From positions 2,340,001 to 2,372,000 of the forward strand of contig NZ_CP010341.1 in the NCBI RefSeq assembly GCF_000940845.1: DNA of 32,000 nt, read 5' to 3'. Source of the stretch: Propionibacterium freudenreichii subsp. freudenreichii (GTDB lineage Bacteria; Actinomycetota; Actinomycetes; Propionibacteriales; Propionibacteriaceae). A model generated the notes under the pieces. That model was given only the letters and a program-made list of their open reading frames with translations. It was not told the DNA's origin and made no database searches. Each line of letters begins with the position of its first letter. The stretch's first letter is position 1. This document shows positions 24,509 to 32,000 of the stretch, one piece after another. The position numbers were made by a program, and so were the translations under genes.

Positions 24509-25198
24509 CTAACGACGCCTGATCCGGATATATCTCCGGAAGTCCTTGCCCTTGAAGGGATTGGAGATCGAGCACGGAAGCGTCCAACCGCGCCAGGCGG
24601 AGACGATCGTCAACAGGCTGCCGACAGCCATCGCAATCACCGCGCCCCACGCCGAATCGCCCAGCTTGTAGAAAATCACCACGAGAACCGATGAAACCAG
24701 CGCCGACGTGGCGTACAGGGTGTTGTCACCGAAGATCACGGGCATCTTGCGGCTCAACAGATCGCGCAACATGCCACCACCGGTTGCCGACACGACGCCC
24801 AACAGCACCGCCTGCACGGGGCCCAGCCCGAAGACCAATCCCTTGTGCGTTCCGGTGTAGGCCCAGGCACCCAGTGCCAACGCGTCCATCAGGGGGAACA
24901 GCCGTTCCTGGAAGACCTTGCGGATGGGCACGACGAAGGCCACCAGCGCCCCGACGGCCGCCAGCGGAATGTAGATCGGGTTGGTGAGCGCCACCGGTGT
25001 GCCGCGACCGAGCAGCACGTCGCGCAGGATGCCACCGCCCAGCCCGGTGGCCAGTGCGAGCACGGTGAATCCCACCAGGTCGAAGCGCAGTCGCTTGGCG
25101 GTGATGCCGCCCAGGATCGCATTGGCCAGCACTCCGATGAGGTCGATCACGAGGAATGCCTCGCCCATGATCGGCAAGGTGCCTGCACCGATGGGCAT
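24509..25198 (-). CDS. TRIC-family cation channel / UPF0126 (YadS/YicG-like) membrane protein
   Basis: Two internal repeats carry the family glycine motifs (ATGLGGGILRDVLLG and ATGGGMLRDLLS) across seven hydrophobic segments. GGGAG RBS 6 nt before ATG 25198. Confidence 0.85.
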   Translation of the reverse strand: MPIGAGTLPIMGEAFLVIDLIGVLANAILGGITAKRLRFDLVGFTVLALATGLGGGILRDVLLGRGTPVALTNPIYIPLAAVGALVAFVVPIRKVFQERLFPLMDALALGAWAYTGTHKGLVFGLGPVQAVLLGVVSATGGGMLRDLLSRKMPVIFGDNTLYATSALVSSVLVVIFYKLGDSAWGAVIAMAVGSLLTIVSAWRGWTLPCSISNPFKGKDFRRYIRIRRR

Positions 25199-25377
25199 GA
25201 GGGGCTCCCGCTAGAGGCTTGGCCGGAAGGCGGTAGAAGTGCCTGATTTCACCGCGTGGACGCTCGCATCGTACAAGGCTGGCGCACGCCCACGATGCAG
25301 CCCGCAGCTTGTGGAACACCACCACCGCCGCGTCCACAGGGCCCCCTGGTCAGCCCCCTGAGCCCTACCATGGTGCC

Positions 25378-25986
25378 GTGCCCGAGCAATCCCGCAGCGT
25401 CCGCAGCCACCAGGCGATCATCGATGCCACTGCCGACCTGATCCGCACCCGTGGGGTGGCGGGCACCTCCATCGCCGACATCATCACCGCGTCGGGAACC
25501 TCGGCGGGCTCGATCTACCACCACTTCCCCAACAAGCAGGCGATCGTGGTGGAGGTGGCGCACCAGACGATGCGCTGGCCACTCACCGCCATCGAGGCCT
25601 ACCTCAACCGTCCCGCACCACCCGCCGACCTGTTCGGCTACGCCCTGGACGCCCTGCGCGTGGCTCCCGAGCTGAGCGACCTGCTGGTGCAACTGGGCTC
25701 GGGCTCCCTGAGCGACGATGAGCTCGGCCGCCAGCTGCGTGCCGAGTTCAGCCAACTGCGCGATGCCCTCGACGAGACCCTGGCCGTGTGGGCCACCCGC
25801 AACGGCCTCACCGACGACCGGGTCGCCGGCCTGGGCCAGATGCTGGTGGGACTGGTGCTCGGCTACGCCGCCCAGCGCGTGCTCATCGACCAGTTCGATG
25901 AGGAGGCCTATGTGTCCCACGGCAAGGCGATGCTCGACGCGGCGGTCTGCCGACCCGGCAACGACCAACTCCCCGACGGGCGCTGA
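25378..25986 (+). CDS. TetR/AcrR-family transcriptional regulator
   Basis: HTH: IIDATADLIRTRGVAGTSIADIITASGTSAGSIYHHFPNKQAIV. Start set at GTG 25378 (TACCAT -10-like hexamer 6 nt upstream, suggesting a leaderless mRNA). The maximal ORF begins at TTG 25309. Confidence 0.85.
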   Translation: MPEQSRSVRSHQAIIDATADLIRTRGVAGTSIADIITASGTSAGSIYHHFPNKQAIVVEVAHQTMRWPLTAIEAYLNRPAPPADLFGYALDALRVAPELSDLLVQLGSGSLSDDELGRQLRAEFSQLRDALDETLAVWATRNGLTDDRVAGLGQMLVGLVLGYAAQRVLIDQFDEEAYVSHGKAMLDAAVCRPGNDQLPDGR

Positions 25987-26131
25987 CACCGGCCCGGCAG
26001 CGTGCATGCGTGCATTTCCACCCTCAAGAACCATTGACTGGCGACGCGCAGGTGGGAGAATTGAACTGACAACACAGCGGTTGTCACCCGGCCCGCAAGG
26101 CCGCGGCCGCATCGGTTCCGAAGGAGGAATC

Positions 26132-26356
26132 ATGATGCACAGTCGACGCAGGCTCGTCTACAAGTGGGTAACGATCACCGTCCTGATGCTGGGCCTGGCC
26201 GTGGCCATCGACGTGATGATCGGCGATCGTCGCTCCGACATCGAATACCTGATGTGGTCCGTGACCGCCGCCGCCATCGGATATGCCGGATCCTTCGGTC
26301 ACGACTGGTGGGTGCGCGCCGGCTTCTCCGGACGCCACCACCCGCTCGCCGGCTGA
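26132..26356 (+). CDS. Small hypothetical membrane protein (74 aa, two hydrophobic helices)
   Basis: AAGGAGG lies 4 nt before ATG 26132. Translation: MMHSRRRLVYKWVTITVLMLGLAVAIDVMIGDRRSDIEYLMWSVTAAAIGYAGSFGHDWWVRAGFSGRHHPLAG. Confidence 0.6.
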   Translation: MMHSRRRLVYKWVTITVLMLGLAVAIDVMIGDRRSDIEYLMWSVTAAAIGYAGSFGHDWWVRAGFSGRHHPLAG

Positions 26357-26415
26357 GCCGCACCAGATCGGCCCCACGACATCGGTCGCGCGACACCAGT
26401 CCGGCGTCGCAGGCC

Positions 26416-27225
26416 TCAGAAGATCAGCTTGCGCACCTCGGCGCGCGCGTCGGTCATGCCCGGGCCGTACCAGGCCATCGGACGCTCGGGCATGATGCGC
26501 ACATCCATGCCCTCGAACGCCTCGGGCCCGTCGGTGGGGCTGAACGCATAGGGCTGGTCCATGAGCAGCACGCGGTCGGCGCCGCTGGCCTGCAGGGCGT
26601 ACAGGTCCACCTTGGGATAGCGGGCGTTCTTCCAGTCGTCCACCGGCAGCGGGGCCAGGTCGACGCCGCTGCGATGCAGCACATCGGCCACATAGGTGTT
26701 GGGGCCCACGACCATCCACGGGTCACGCCAGATGCAGACCACCGCGCTGGCGGTGACGGTGGGATCGGGCTCGGCCCAGTTCTGCTCGGCACGGGTCAGC
26801 CAATCGGGCCGTTCCCTGCCCAACGCTTCGGTGAAGAGCCTTGTCAGGCTGGTGATCGCGCTGTCCACGGTGTCGATGCTGGTAACCCAGACGGGCACGC
26901 CATCGGCCCTCAAGTGCTCCACGTCGAACGCCCGGTTCTCCTCCTGGTTGGCCACCACGAGGTCGGGGTGCAGCTGCTCGATCACCGTGCGATCGGGATT
27001 CTTGGGGCCGCGCACGCGCGTGACCGGATGGCCGGCCACCTCGTCGAGGTTCTCCGGACGCACGCAGAAGTCGGTGGCCCCATAGATGATTTCGCGGGCG
27101 CTCTCGGCAAGCGCCTCGGTGAGCGAGGGCACCAGGCTCACGACGCGCTCCACGGGGCGGGAAATCCGCACCGGGGCCCCCAGATCGTCGGCCAGCAGGT
27201 CGCCGCCCATCAGTTCGTCAGACAT
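26416..27225 (-). CDS. BtuF-like / 'helical backbone' metal-receptor-type periplasmic-binding-fold protein without a signal peptide
   Basis: Start ATG 27225 (GAGGAAG upstream). ...RVVSLVPSLTEALAE...YGATDFC...HPDLVVANQEENR...VPVWVTSIDTVDSAI...VVCIWRDPWMVVGPNTYVADVL... fits the class III (BtuF/FhuD-type) binding-protein pattern. The N-terminus MSDELMGGDLLADDLG is acidic and not a signal peptide. Confidence 0.75.
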   Translation of the reverse strand: MSDELMGGDLLADDLGAPVRISRPVERVVSLVPSLTEALAESAREIIYGATDFCVRPENLDEVAGHPVTRVRGPKNPDRTVIEQLHPDLVVANQEENRAFDVEHLRADGVPVWVTSIDTVDSAITSLTRLFTEALGRERPDWLTRAEQNWAEPDPTVTASAVVCIWRDPWMVVGPNTYVADVLHRSGVDLAPLPVDDWKNARYPKVDLYALQASGADRVLLMDQPYAFSPTDGPEAFEGMDVRIMPERPMAWYGPGMTDARAEVRKLIF

Positions 27226-27280
27226 CAGTGCTTCCTCTCGCTTGTGGCCATCATGGCACCGCGACCAAGGCCGCCCTGCG

Positions 27281-27886
27281 TCAGCCCGCAGAGGGCTCCT
27301 CGGCTGCGCCGGGCTCGCGCGATGCGTCAGGCGCACCGGGCTCGTCGGGCGCGTCGGGGGCGGTGTTGGCCGCCTCCTGCGGGTACAACATGCGACGCCC
27401 CTCCATGATCGTCTCGCCGAGATCGGCCAGCTGGCCGTCGGGGGTGAGGATCAGGAACACCGGCACCCACTGCAGCATGGGATTCGAGGCGCTCATCTCG
27501 GTGACGTCCTTGCCCACCTCCACCAGCGTCGTGTCGACGAACTCGCCCTCATAGGGCGAGCCGGTCTGGATCGCATTGATGAAGCTCTGGCGCCCGGTGG
27601 GGCGTCGCAGGCGGCCGCCGGCACCCAGCACCACGGGCCACAGCGAGGGACGCTGCATCAGCTTCGAGAACTCGGTGACCACCGGCAGGATGAGCAGGCC
27701 CTGCTGCTCACCGCGCAGGCTGAGTCGTGCCGTCAGCTCACGAAAGTCCTTGGCCACCTCTTCGAGCTCGCCGTCGGGACGGTTCGTCAACAGGGTTCCG
27801 TCGGGATTGACCGACACCCGGTAACCCTGGACCTGCCGGGGCGCCTTGCCACGCTGGGGGCCCTTCGGCCCTGTGCTGCGACTCAC
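27281..27886 (-). CDS. Hypothetical protein, unknown-family paralog A (201 aa)
   Basis: GTG 27886 preceded by GAATGGAGAAGCACG. Homologous along its length to paralog B. Shared C-terminal block: Y-EGEFVDTTLVEVG...LQWVPVFLILTPDGQLADL. Acidic/Pro-rich tail. Confidence 0.7.
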   Translation of the reverse strand: MSRSTGPKGPQRGKAPRQVQGYRVSVNPDGTLLTNRPDGELEEVAKDFRELTARLSLRGEQQGLLILPVVTEFSKLMQRPSLWPVVLGAGGRLRRPTGRQSFINAIQTGSPYEGEFVDTTLVEVGKDVTEMSASNPMLQWVPVFLILTPDGQLADLGETIMEGRRMLYPQEAANTAPDAPDEPGAPDASREPGAAEEPSAG

Positions 27887-28004
27887 CGTGCTTCTCCATT
27901 CGATTGCCCATCGGGACCGTTGGCTCCAGCCCGCGCATGGGTCCACATTAATTGGACGCTCCCACAGCGCCAGCATCCCCCCGGTGCACAGCCTGCGCCG
28001 ACGC

Positions 28005-28496
28005 CTATTTGATCCAGCCCTTGTGCAGTGCGTAGGCGAGGTCAACCAGCTTGCGGTCAGGGGTGATGAGGATGAATCCGGGCACCCAGTGCACCCGCTG
28101 GTCGGCGGCGTGGGAGGCCTCCGCGAGGTTCAGGTCATTGACCAGCGTGCCCACCTGCGCCAGCGTGACGTCGTGGTATTCGCCGTCGTATGCCTCGTTG
28201 GCCCCGAAGGCATCCATGAACGCATCGGGGTCATCGGGCGACACCAGCGCGCCGGTGGTGGCCACCATGATGGGACGCGGTCGCGGTGCGGCCATGCCGT
28301 CGCCGAAACCGGTGACCACGGGGATCTTGGTGACGCCGCGCTGGGTGAACTGCTGGTCGAGGTCGTCGAACAGCACCGCGAAATCGGGGGCGATCGTGTG
28401 GTACTGGTCGTCGTCCTCCATCTGAGCGATGCTTCCGTCAGTGTCGACCACCACCGAGAAGACCTCCAGGCCGGTGCCGGGGGTGCTTACGCTCAT
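28005..28496 (-). CDS. Hypothetical protein, unknown-family paralog B (163 aa)
   Basis: ATG 28496 preceded by GAATGGAGATCCACG, the same RBS context as paralog A. ...IPVVTGFGDG...YDGEYHDVTLAQVG...VHWVPGFILITPDRKLVDL. Confidence 0.7.
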   Translation of the reverse strand: MSVSTPGTGLEVFSVVVDTDGSIAQMEDDDQYHTIAPDFAVLFDDLDQQFTQRGVTKIPVVTGFGDGMAAPRPRPIMVATTGALVSPDDPDAFMDAFGANEAYDGEYHDVTLAQVGTLVNDLNLAEASHAADQRVHWVPGFILITPDRKLVDLAYALHKGWIK

Positions 28497-28547
28497 CGTG
28501 GATCTCCATTCGTCAGGCCGTATGCGCGCCACCTGTGGCGTGACTCA

Positions 28548-30662
28548 TCAGGCAGAATGCGCCACCATCCGTGGCGCCGCGGGCCCCTCCACACTAGGGG
28601 GCACGGGGCCCTGGGCTGCCGGGGCCCCGCCGCGGGCCCGTGCCACGCGCGCCGCCCGGATGCCGTTGGCGATCACGATCACCTCGGCGCCCTCATGGAT
28701 CAGCACCACGGTGGCCAGGCCGAGCACCCCGGTGATGGCCAGCGGCAACAGGGTGGCAATGATCAGCAGGGACAGGGCGATGTTCTGGTTCATGATGCGC
28801 CGCCCGCGCCGGGTGAAGGCGAAGGCCCCGGGCAGCAGCCGCAGGTCACTGCCGGTGAAGGCGACGTCGGCCGATTCGATGGCGACGTCGGATCCGCCGG
28901 CGCTTCCTTGTCCGCCGCGTGCACCCATCGCGATGCCGAGGCTGGCCGCCGACAGGGCCGGCGCGTCGTTGATGCCGTCGCCGATCATGGCGGTGGGCGT
29001 GCGCCGTGACAACTCGCTGACCGCGCTCGCCTTCTGTTCGGGACGCAGCCCGGCGCGCACATCGTCGATGCCGGCCTGACGCGCCAGTGCCTGCGCGGTG
29101 CGTTCGTTGTCGCCGGTGAGCATGGTGACGCCGATGCGCTGCTCGCCCAGTGCGCGGATGGTCTCGGCGGCCTCCGGGCGCAGCTCGTCGCGGATGCCGA
29201 TGGCCCCGAGCGGCTGTCCGTCGCGGTGCACGAGCACCACCGTCATGCCGTCGGTCTCAAGCTGCTCAACGCCGGCGGCCCGCGCGCCGGGCGCCAGCCA
29301 GCGGGGACTGCCGACGGTGATCTCGTGGCCCTGCACACGGCCCCGGATGCCCCGGCCGGGGAGCTCGGTCACGTCGGTGGCGCCGGGCGCGTTCGTCGCA
29401 GCGGCGACGATGGCGGTGGCCAGCGGGTGGTTGCTGCCGCGTTCCAGCGCCGCGGCGGCGTCGACCACCTGCTGCTCGCTGACGCCGGCGGGGCGGGCGT
29501 CAGCGGTGGACGCCGTGCTGGTTGTGGACGCCGGGTCTGTCGTGGACGCTGCGTCACTCGTGCGCACGCTGTCCTCCATGGACCCACCGTCCACTGTGGA
29601 CGCTGTGAGCACGCGCCCCACGCAGGGGCTGCCCTGGGTGAGGGTGCCGGTCTTGTCGAAGGCGACATGGCGCACGGCCCCGAACTCCTCGAAGGCGGCA
29701 CCGCTCTTGATCACCAGGCCGAACCTGCTGGCGGCACCGATGGCGGAGACCACCGTCACGGGCACGGCGATGGCCAGCGCACACGGCGAGGCGGCCACGA
29801 GCACCACCAGGGCCCGGCCGATCCACACCTCGGGGCTACCCAGCAACGAGCCGAGCACGCCCACCGCCACGGCCAGGATGAGCACGCCGGGCACCAGGGG
29901 TGCGGCGATGCGGTCGGCGAGGCGGGCGCGACGGCCCTTCTTCGCCTGCGCCTGCTCGACCAGGGTGACGATCGTGGTGAGCGAATTGTCGCTTCCGGGC
30001 GCGGTGGCGCTCACCTGCAACGGACCCGAGATGTTGATGCACCCGGCGGAGACCGCGTCGCGCGAGCCCACCTGCACCGGAATCGACTCCCCGGTGATGG
30101 CCGAGGTGTCCAGCGAGCTGGCGCCGTCCCGCACGACGCCGTCGGTGGCGACGCGCTCGCCGGGGCGCACCAGCAGGAGGTCACCGACCTGCAGCTGCGA
30201 CGCCTCGACGTCGGTCGGCTTGCCGTCCACCAGCACGGTGGCCGTCTTCGGGGTGAGCTCGAGCAGGGCGCGCAGGCCGCTGCGGGCCCGGTCCATGGCC
30301 TTGTCCTCAAGCGCCTCGGAAATGGAATACAGGAAGGCCAGGGCGGCGGCCTCGGCCACCGCACCCAGGATGACCGCACCGATGGCGCTGATCATCATCA
30401 ACAGGCTGATGCCCAGGCGTCCCTTCAGCAGGGCCCGCAGGGCACCGGGCACGAAGGTCGACGCGCCGAGCAGCAGGCCGGCCCAGTAGAGCACCAGCGA
30501 GGCCGTATTGGCCTGGGCCAACGCGCTGACGAAGCCCGCGGCCAGCAGCACGCCGGAGCCGATCGGGAAGATCACCTCACGGTCGCGCCACCAGGCGAGC
30601 TCGTCGTGGTCGTCCGCGCCGGCGGGCGCATCGTGGTCGCAGCACTGCGTTGCGGAGCTCAT
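28548..30662 (-). CDS. Heavy-metal-translocating P1B-type ATPase (SPC-motif type)
   Basis: Motifs: TGES (AITGESIPV), membrane SPC (VAASPCALAIAVP), phosphorylation site FDKTGTLT, MIGDGINDAPAL, C-terminal TM HEGAEVIVIANG. N-terminal Cys/His/Asp patch MSSATQCCDHDAPAGADDHD. Confidence 0.93.
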   Translation of the reverse strand: MSSATQCCDHDAPAGADDHDELAWWRDREVIFPIGSGVLLAAGFVSALAQANTASLVLYWAGLLLGASTFVPGALRALLKGRLGISLLMMISAIGAVILGAVAEAAALAFLYSISEALEDKAMDRARSGLRALLELTPKTATVLVDGKPTDVEASQLQVGDLLLVRPGERVATDGVVRDGASSLDTSAITGESIPVQVGSRDAVSAGCINISGPLQVSATAPGSDNSLTTIVTLVEQAQAKKGRRARLADRIAAPLVPGVLILAVAVGVLGSLLGSPEVWIGRALVVLVAASPCALAIAVPVTVVSAIGAASRFGLVIKSGAAFEEFGAVRHVAFDKTGTLTQGSPCVGRVLTASTVDGGSMEDSVRTSDAASTTDPASTTSTASTADARPAGVSEQQVVDAAAALERGSNHPLATAIVAAATNAPGATDVTELPGRGIRGRVQGHEITVGSPRWLAPGARAAGVEQLETDGMTVVLVHRDGQPLGAIGIRDELRPEAAETIRALGEQRIGVTMLTGDNERTAQALARQAGIDDVRAGLRPEQKASAVSELSRRTPTAMIGDGINDAPALSAASLGIAMGARGGQGSAGGSDVAIESADVAFTGSDLRLLPGAFAFTRRGRRIMNQNIALSLLIIATLLPLAITGVLGLATVVLIHEGAEVIVIANGIRAARVARARGGAPAAQGPVPPSVEGPAAPRMVAHSA

Positions 30663-31009
30663 GCCCGGGCCTCCAATTCGATCGGCTGGTCGGCCTCATT
30701 GAGGCAGGAATCGGTGGGTGTCACATCGAGCGCCACCTGCGCGAGCTGCACCAGGGCCGCCGACAGGTGCGCGCCGGCAATGGCATAGCGCACCCGGCGC
30801 CCCTCATAGGTGGCACTCACCAGGCCGCAATCGCGCAGGCAGGCCAGGTGGTTCGACACATTGGCACGCGACAGCTCCAGGTGCTCGGCCATCTGCGCCG
30901 GATAGACCACGCCGTCGACGATAGCCAACAGCAGGCGGCACCGCGTGGGATCGGCCAGGGCATGGCCCACCCGCGCCAGAGCCTGTTCGCGCGTCTCATG
31001 AATCATCAC
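30659..31009 (-). CDS. cmtR: ArsR/SmtB-family metalloregulator, CmtR-like
   Basis: ...ALARVGHALADPTRCRLLLAIVDGVVYPAQMAEHLELSRANVSNHLACLRDCGLVSATYEGRRVRYAIA...DSCLNE. It has the CxxxC pair in the helix after the HTH plus a C-terminal Cys, as in my recollection of M. tuberculosis CmtR. The stop overlaps the ATPase start (ATGA). The start may be ATG 31006 rather than GTG 31009. Confidence 0.8.
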   Translation of the reverse strand: MMIHETREQALARVGHALADPTRCRLLLAIVDGVVYPAQMAEHLELSRANVSNHLACLRDCGLVSATYEGRRVRYAIAGAHLSAALVQLAQVALDVTPTDSCLNEADQPIELEARA

Positions 31010-31194
31010 GGACGCAATAGTAAACCCTCGGCTGAACCATCACAACGGATTCCCATGCCGGACGCCGCCCCACCCGCGCCCCGCTCCCCAGCACGCATTC
31101 GATCCGAGCCGCCCCAGTCGGTAGGGTCGGGCAGGTTATGTGGCTCCCCTCATTCTTCAGCCGCACGTTCGGACGCGCGGGCAATAATGGCCGA

Positions 31195-31683
31195 ATGGCA
31201 TCTGCTCCCGGACACGTGCGGGTTCGCCCCTACATGGACTCCGACGCCGGCATCACGCGGTCGATCTTCCTGCAATCGGTCACGCTCACCGCTGCCGAGG
31301 ACTACACGAAGCAGCAGATCGACGCCTGGGCCTCGCCCCAGGACCGCCCGCTTGACGAGTGGAACCGCGACCGGCAGGAATCGGGCACCCTGGTGGCCGT
31401 GGTGGCCGGCGTGGTGATGGGCTTCACCGACATCCGCGAGACCGGCTACATCGACATGTTGTTCGTCTCGCCCAAGTTCGTGCGTCGTGGCATCGGCTCG
31501 GCGCTCCTGCGGGAGGCCGAGAACCGGGCGCGCATCGCCAAGGCACCCCTGTTGTACTCGAATGTGAGCATCACGGCGCGTCCCTTCTTCGCCCACCACG
31601 GCTTCGTGGAGGTGGCCGAGCAGCACCCGATCATCCACGGCGTGCAGGTGAAGAACTACCGGATGAACAAGCACCTGTTCTGA
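31195..31683 (+). CDS. GNAT-family N-acetyltransferase
   Basis: VRVRPYMDSDAGI...YIDMLFVSPKFVRRGIGSALLREAE...ITARPFFAHHGF contains the acetyl-CoA-binding R-x-x-G-x-G/A motif. Start at ATG 31195; the maximal ORF starts at 31138. Confidence 0.85.
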   Translation: MASAPGHVRVRPYMDSDAGITRSIFLQSVTLTAAEDYTKQQIDAWASPQDRPLDEWNRDRQESGTLVAVVAGVVMGFTDIRETGYIDMLFVSPKFVRRGIGSALLREAENRARIAKAPLLYSNVSITARPFFAHHGFVEVAEQHPIIHGVQVKNYRMNKHLF

Positions 31684-31753
31684 CGAAGCCCGTCGCCCGG
31701 GCCGGGGCCAACGTTGCGGGCAGGTCCGCCGCAGCCAGCAGCGCTGGACGCCA

Positions 31754-32000
31754 TCACCCCTTGTCGGGGCCGGATTCCTCGTCGGCGCTCGCCTGCGGGG
31801 CACCCTGCGTCCCGGGCTCCTGCCCACCATGGTTGCGGCGCTGCACGGCATTGAAGTACTTCGCGTCCAGTGGCACCAGCCGACCGTCCGACTCCTTCAG
31901 CACGAACAACGGCACCCACAGGGTGTCGGGCAGCTTCTGGTTCATCTCGCCCACCACGACACCCACCCGGGTGAGCGTCACATCGTGGCGATAGCTGCCC
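31754..32000 (-). CDS. Hypothetical protein, unknown-family paralog C, C-terminal part (runs off the right edge)
   Basis: The reverse-strand frame is open to the window edge: ...GSYRHDVTLTRVGVVVGEMNQKLPDTLWVPLFVLKESDGRLVPLDAKYF... followed by an acidic/Gly/Pro tail. It has the same C-terminal block as paralogs A and B. Confidence 0.65.
   Translation of the reverse strand, partial: GSYRHDVTLTRVGVVVGEMNQKLPDTLWVPLFVLKESDGRLVPLDAKYFNAVQRRNHGGQEPGTQGAPQASADEESGPDKG

Noticed and set aside
29226-30788. 520-aa and 463-aa + strand ORFs over the ATPase gene. The same situation occurs at 446-1228, 1295-2305, 7634-8644, 13058-14122, 14225-15316, 19371-20564, 25249-26133 and 26164-27408
   Set aside because: All are opposite-strand or off-frame shadow ORFs overlapping genes with clear family motifs. 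Their translations are dominated by Arg/Gly/Pro/Ala runs typical of non-coding frames in high-GC DNA.

Overview
Very GC-rich (not computed), gene-dense chromosomal segment with actinobacterial hallmarks: many GTG starts, 1-4 nt start/stop overlaps, long shadow ORFs on the opposite strand. Species cannot be determined from the sequence alone. Layout, left to right: (1) a catabolic cluster with a 2-hydroxyacid dehydrogenase (partial), a class-III aminotransferase and a divergent PucR-type regulator; (2) an intergenic cluster of a 48-bp palindromic repeat, a 42-codon DLW-39-like micro-ORF and a large lyase-like hypothetical; (3) a HisKA_3 histidine kinase with a NarL-type response regulator; (4) a sigma-70-like protein preceded by four phased direct repeats; (5) an MFS transporter and a MarC-family protein; (6) a monoderm-type Tad/Flp pilus operon on the minus strand (cpaB-tadZ-tadA-tadB-tadC-flp-tadE-tadE) ending in a 1236-aa gene that fuses membrane anchors, two extracytoplasmic LysM domains and a cytoplasmic winged-helix/BTAD (SARP-like) module; (7) an ISL3-family insertion sequence that splits the first tad gene (cpaB-like) from its promoter and first 31 codons; removing it in silico restores the ORF; (8) a TRIC-family channel, a TetR regulator and a small membrane protein; (9) a metal island with a CmtR-like ArsR regulator, a P1B-type ATPase, two tandem paralogs of an unrecognised family (a third copy at the right edge) and a signal-peptide-less BtuF-like binding protein, plus a GNAT acetyltransferase. 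No rRNA, tRNA or CRISPR array was seen. The most interesting items are the tad-linked LysM/BTAD membrane regulator, possibly connected to the phased repeats upstream of the sigma-like gene; the IS-disrupted operon head; the unknown paralog family beside the metal ATPase; and the palindromic repeat family.
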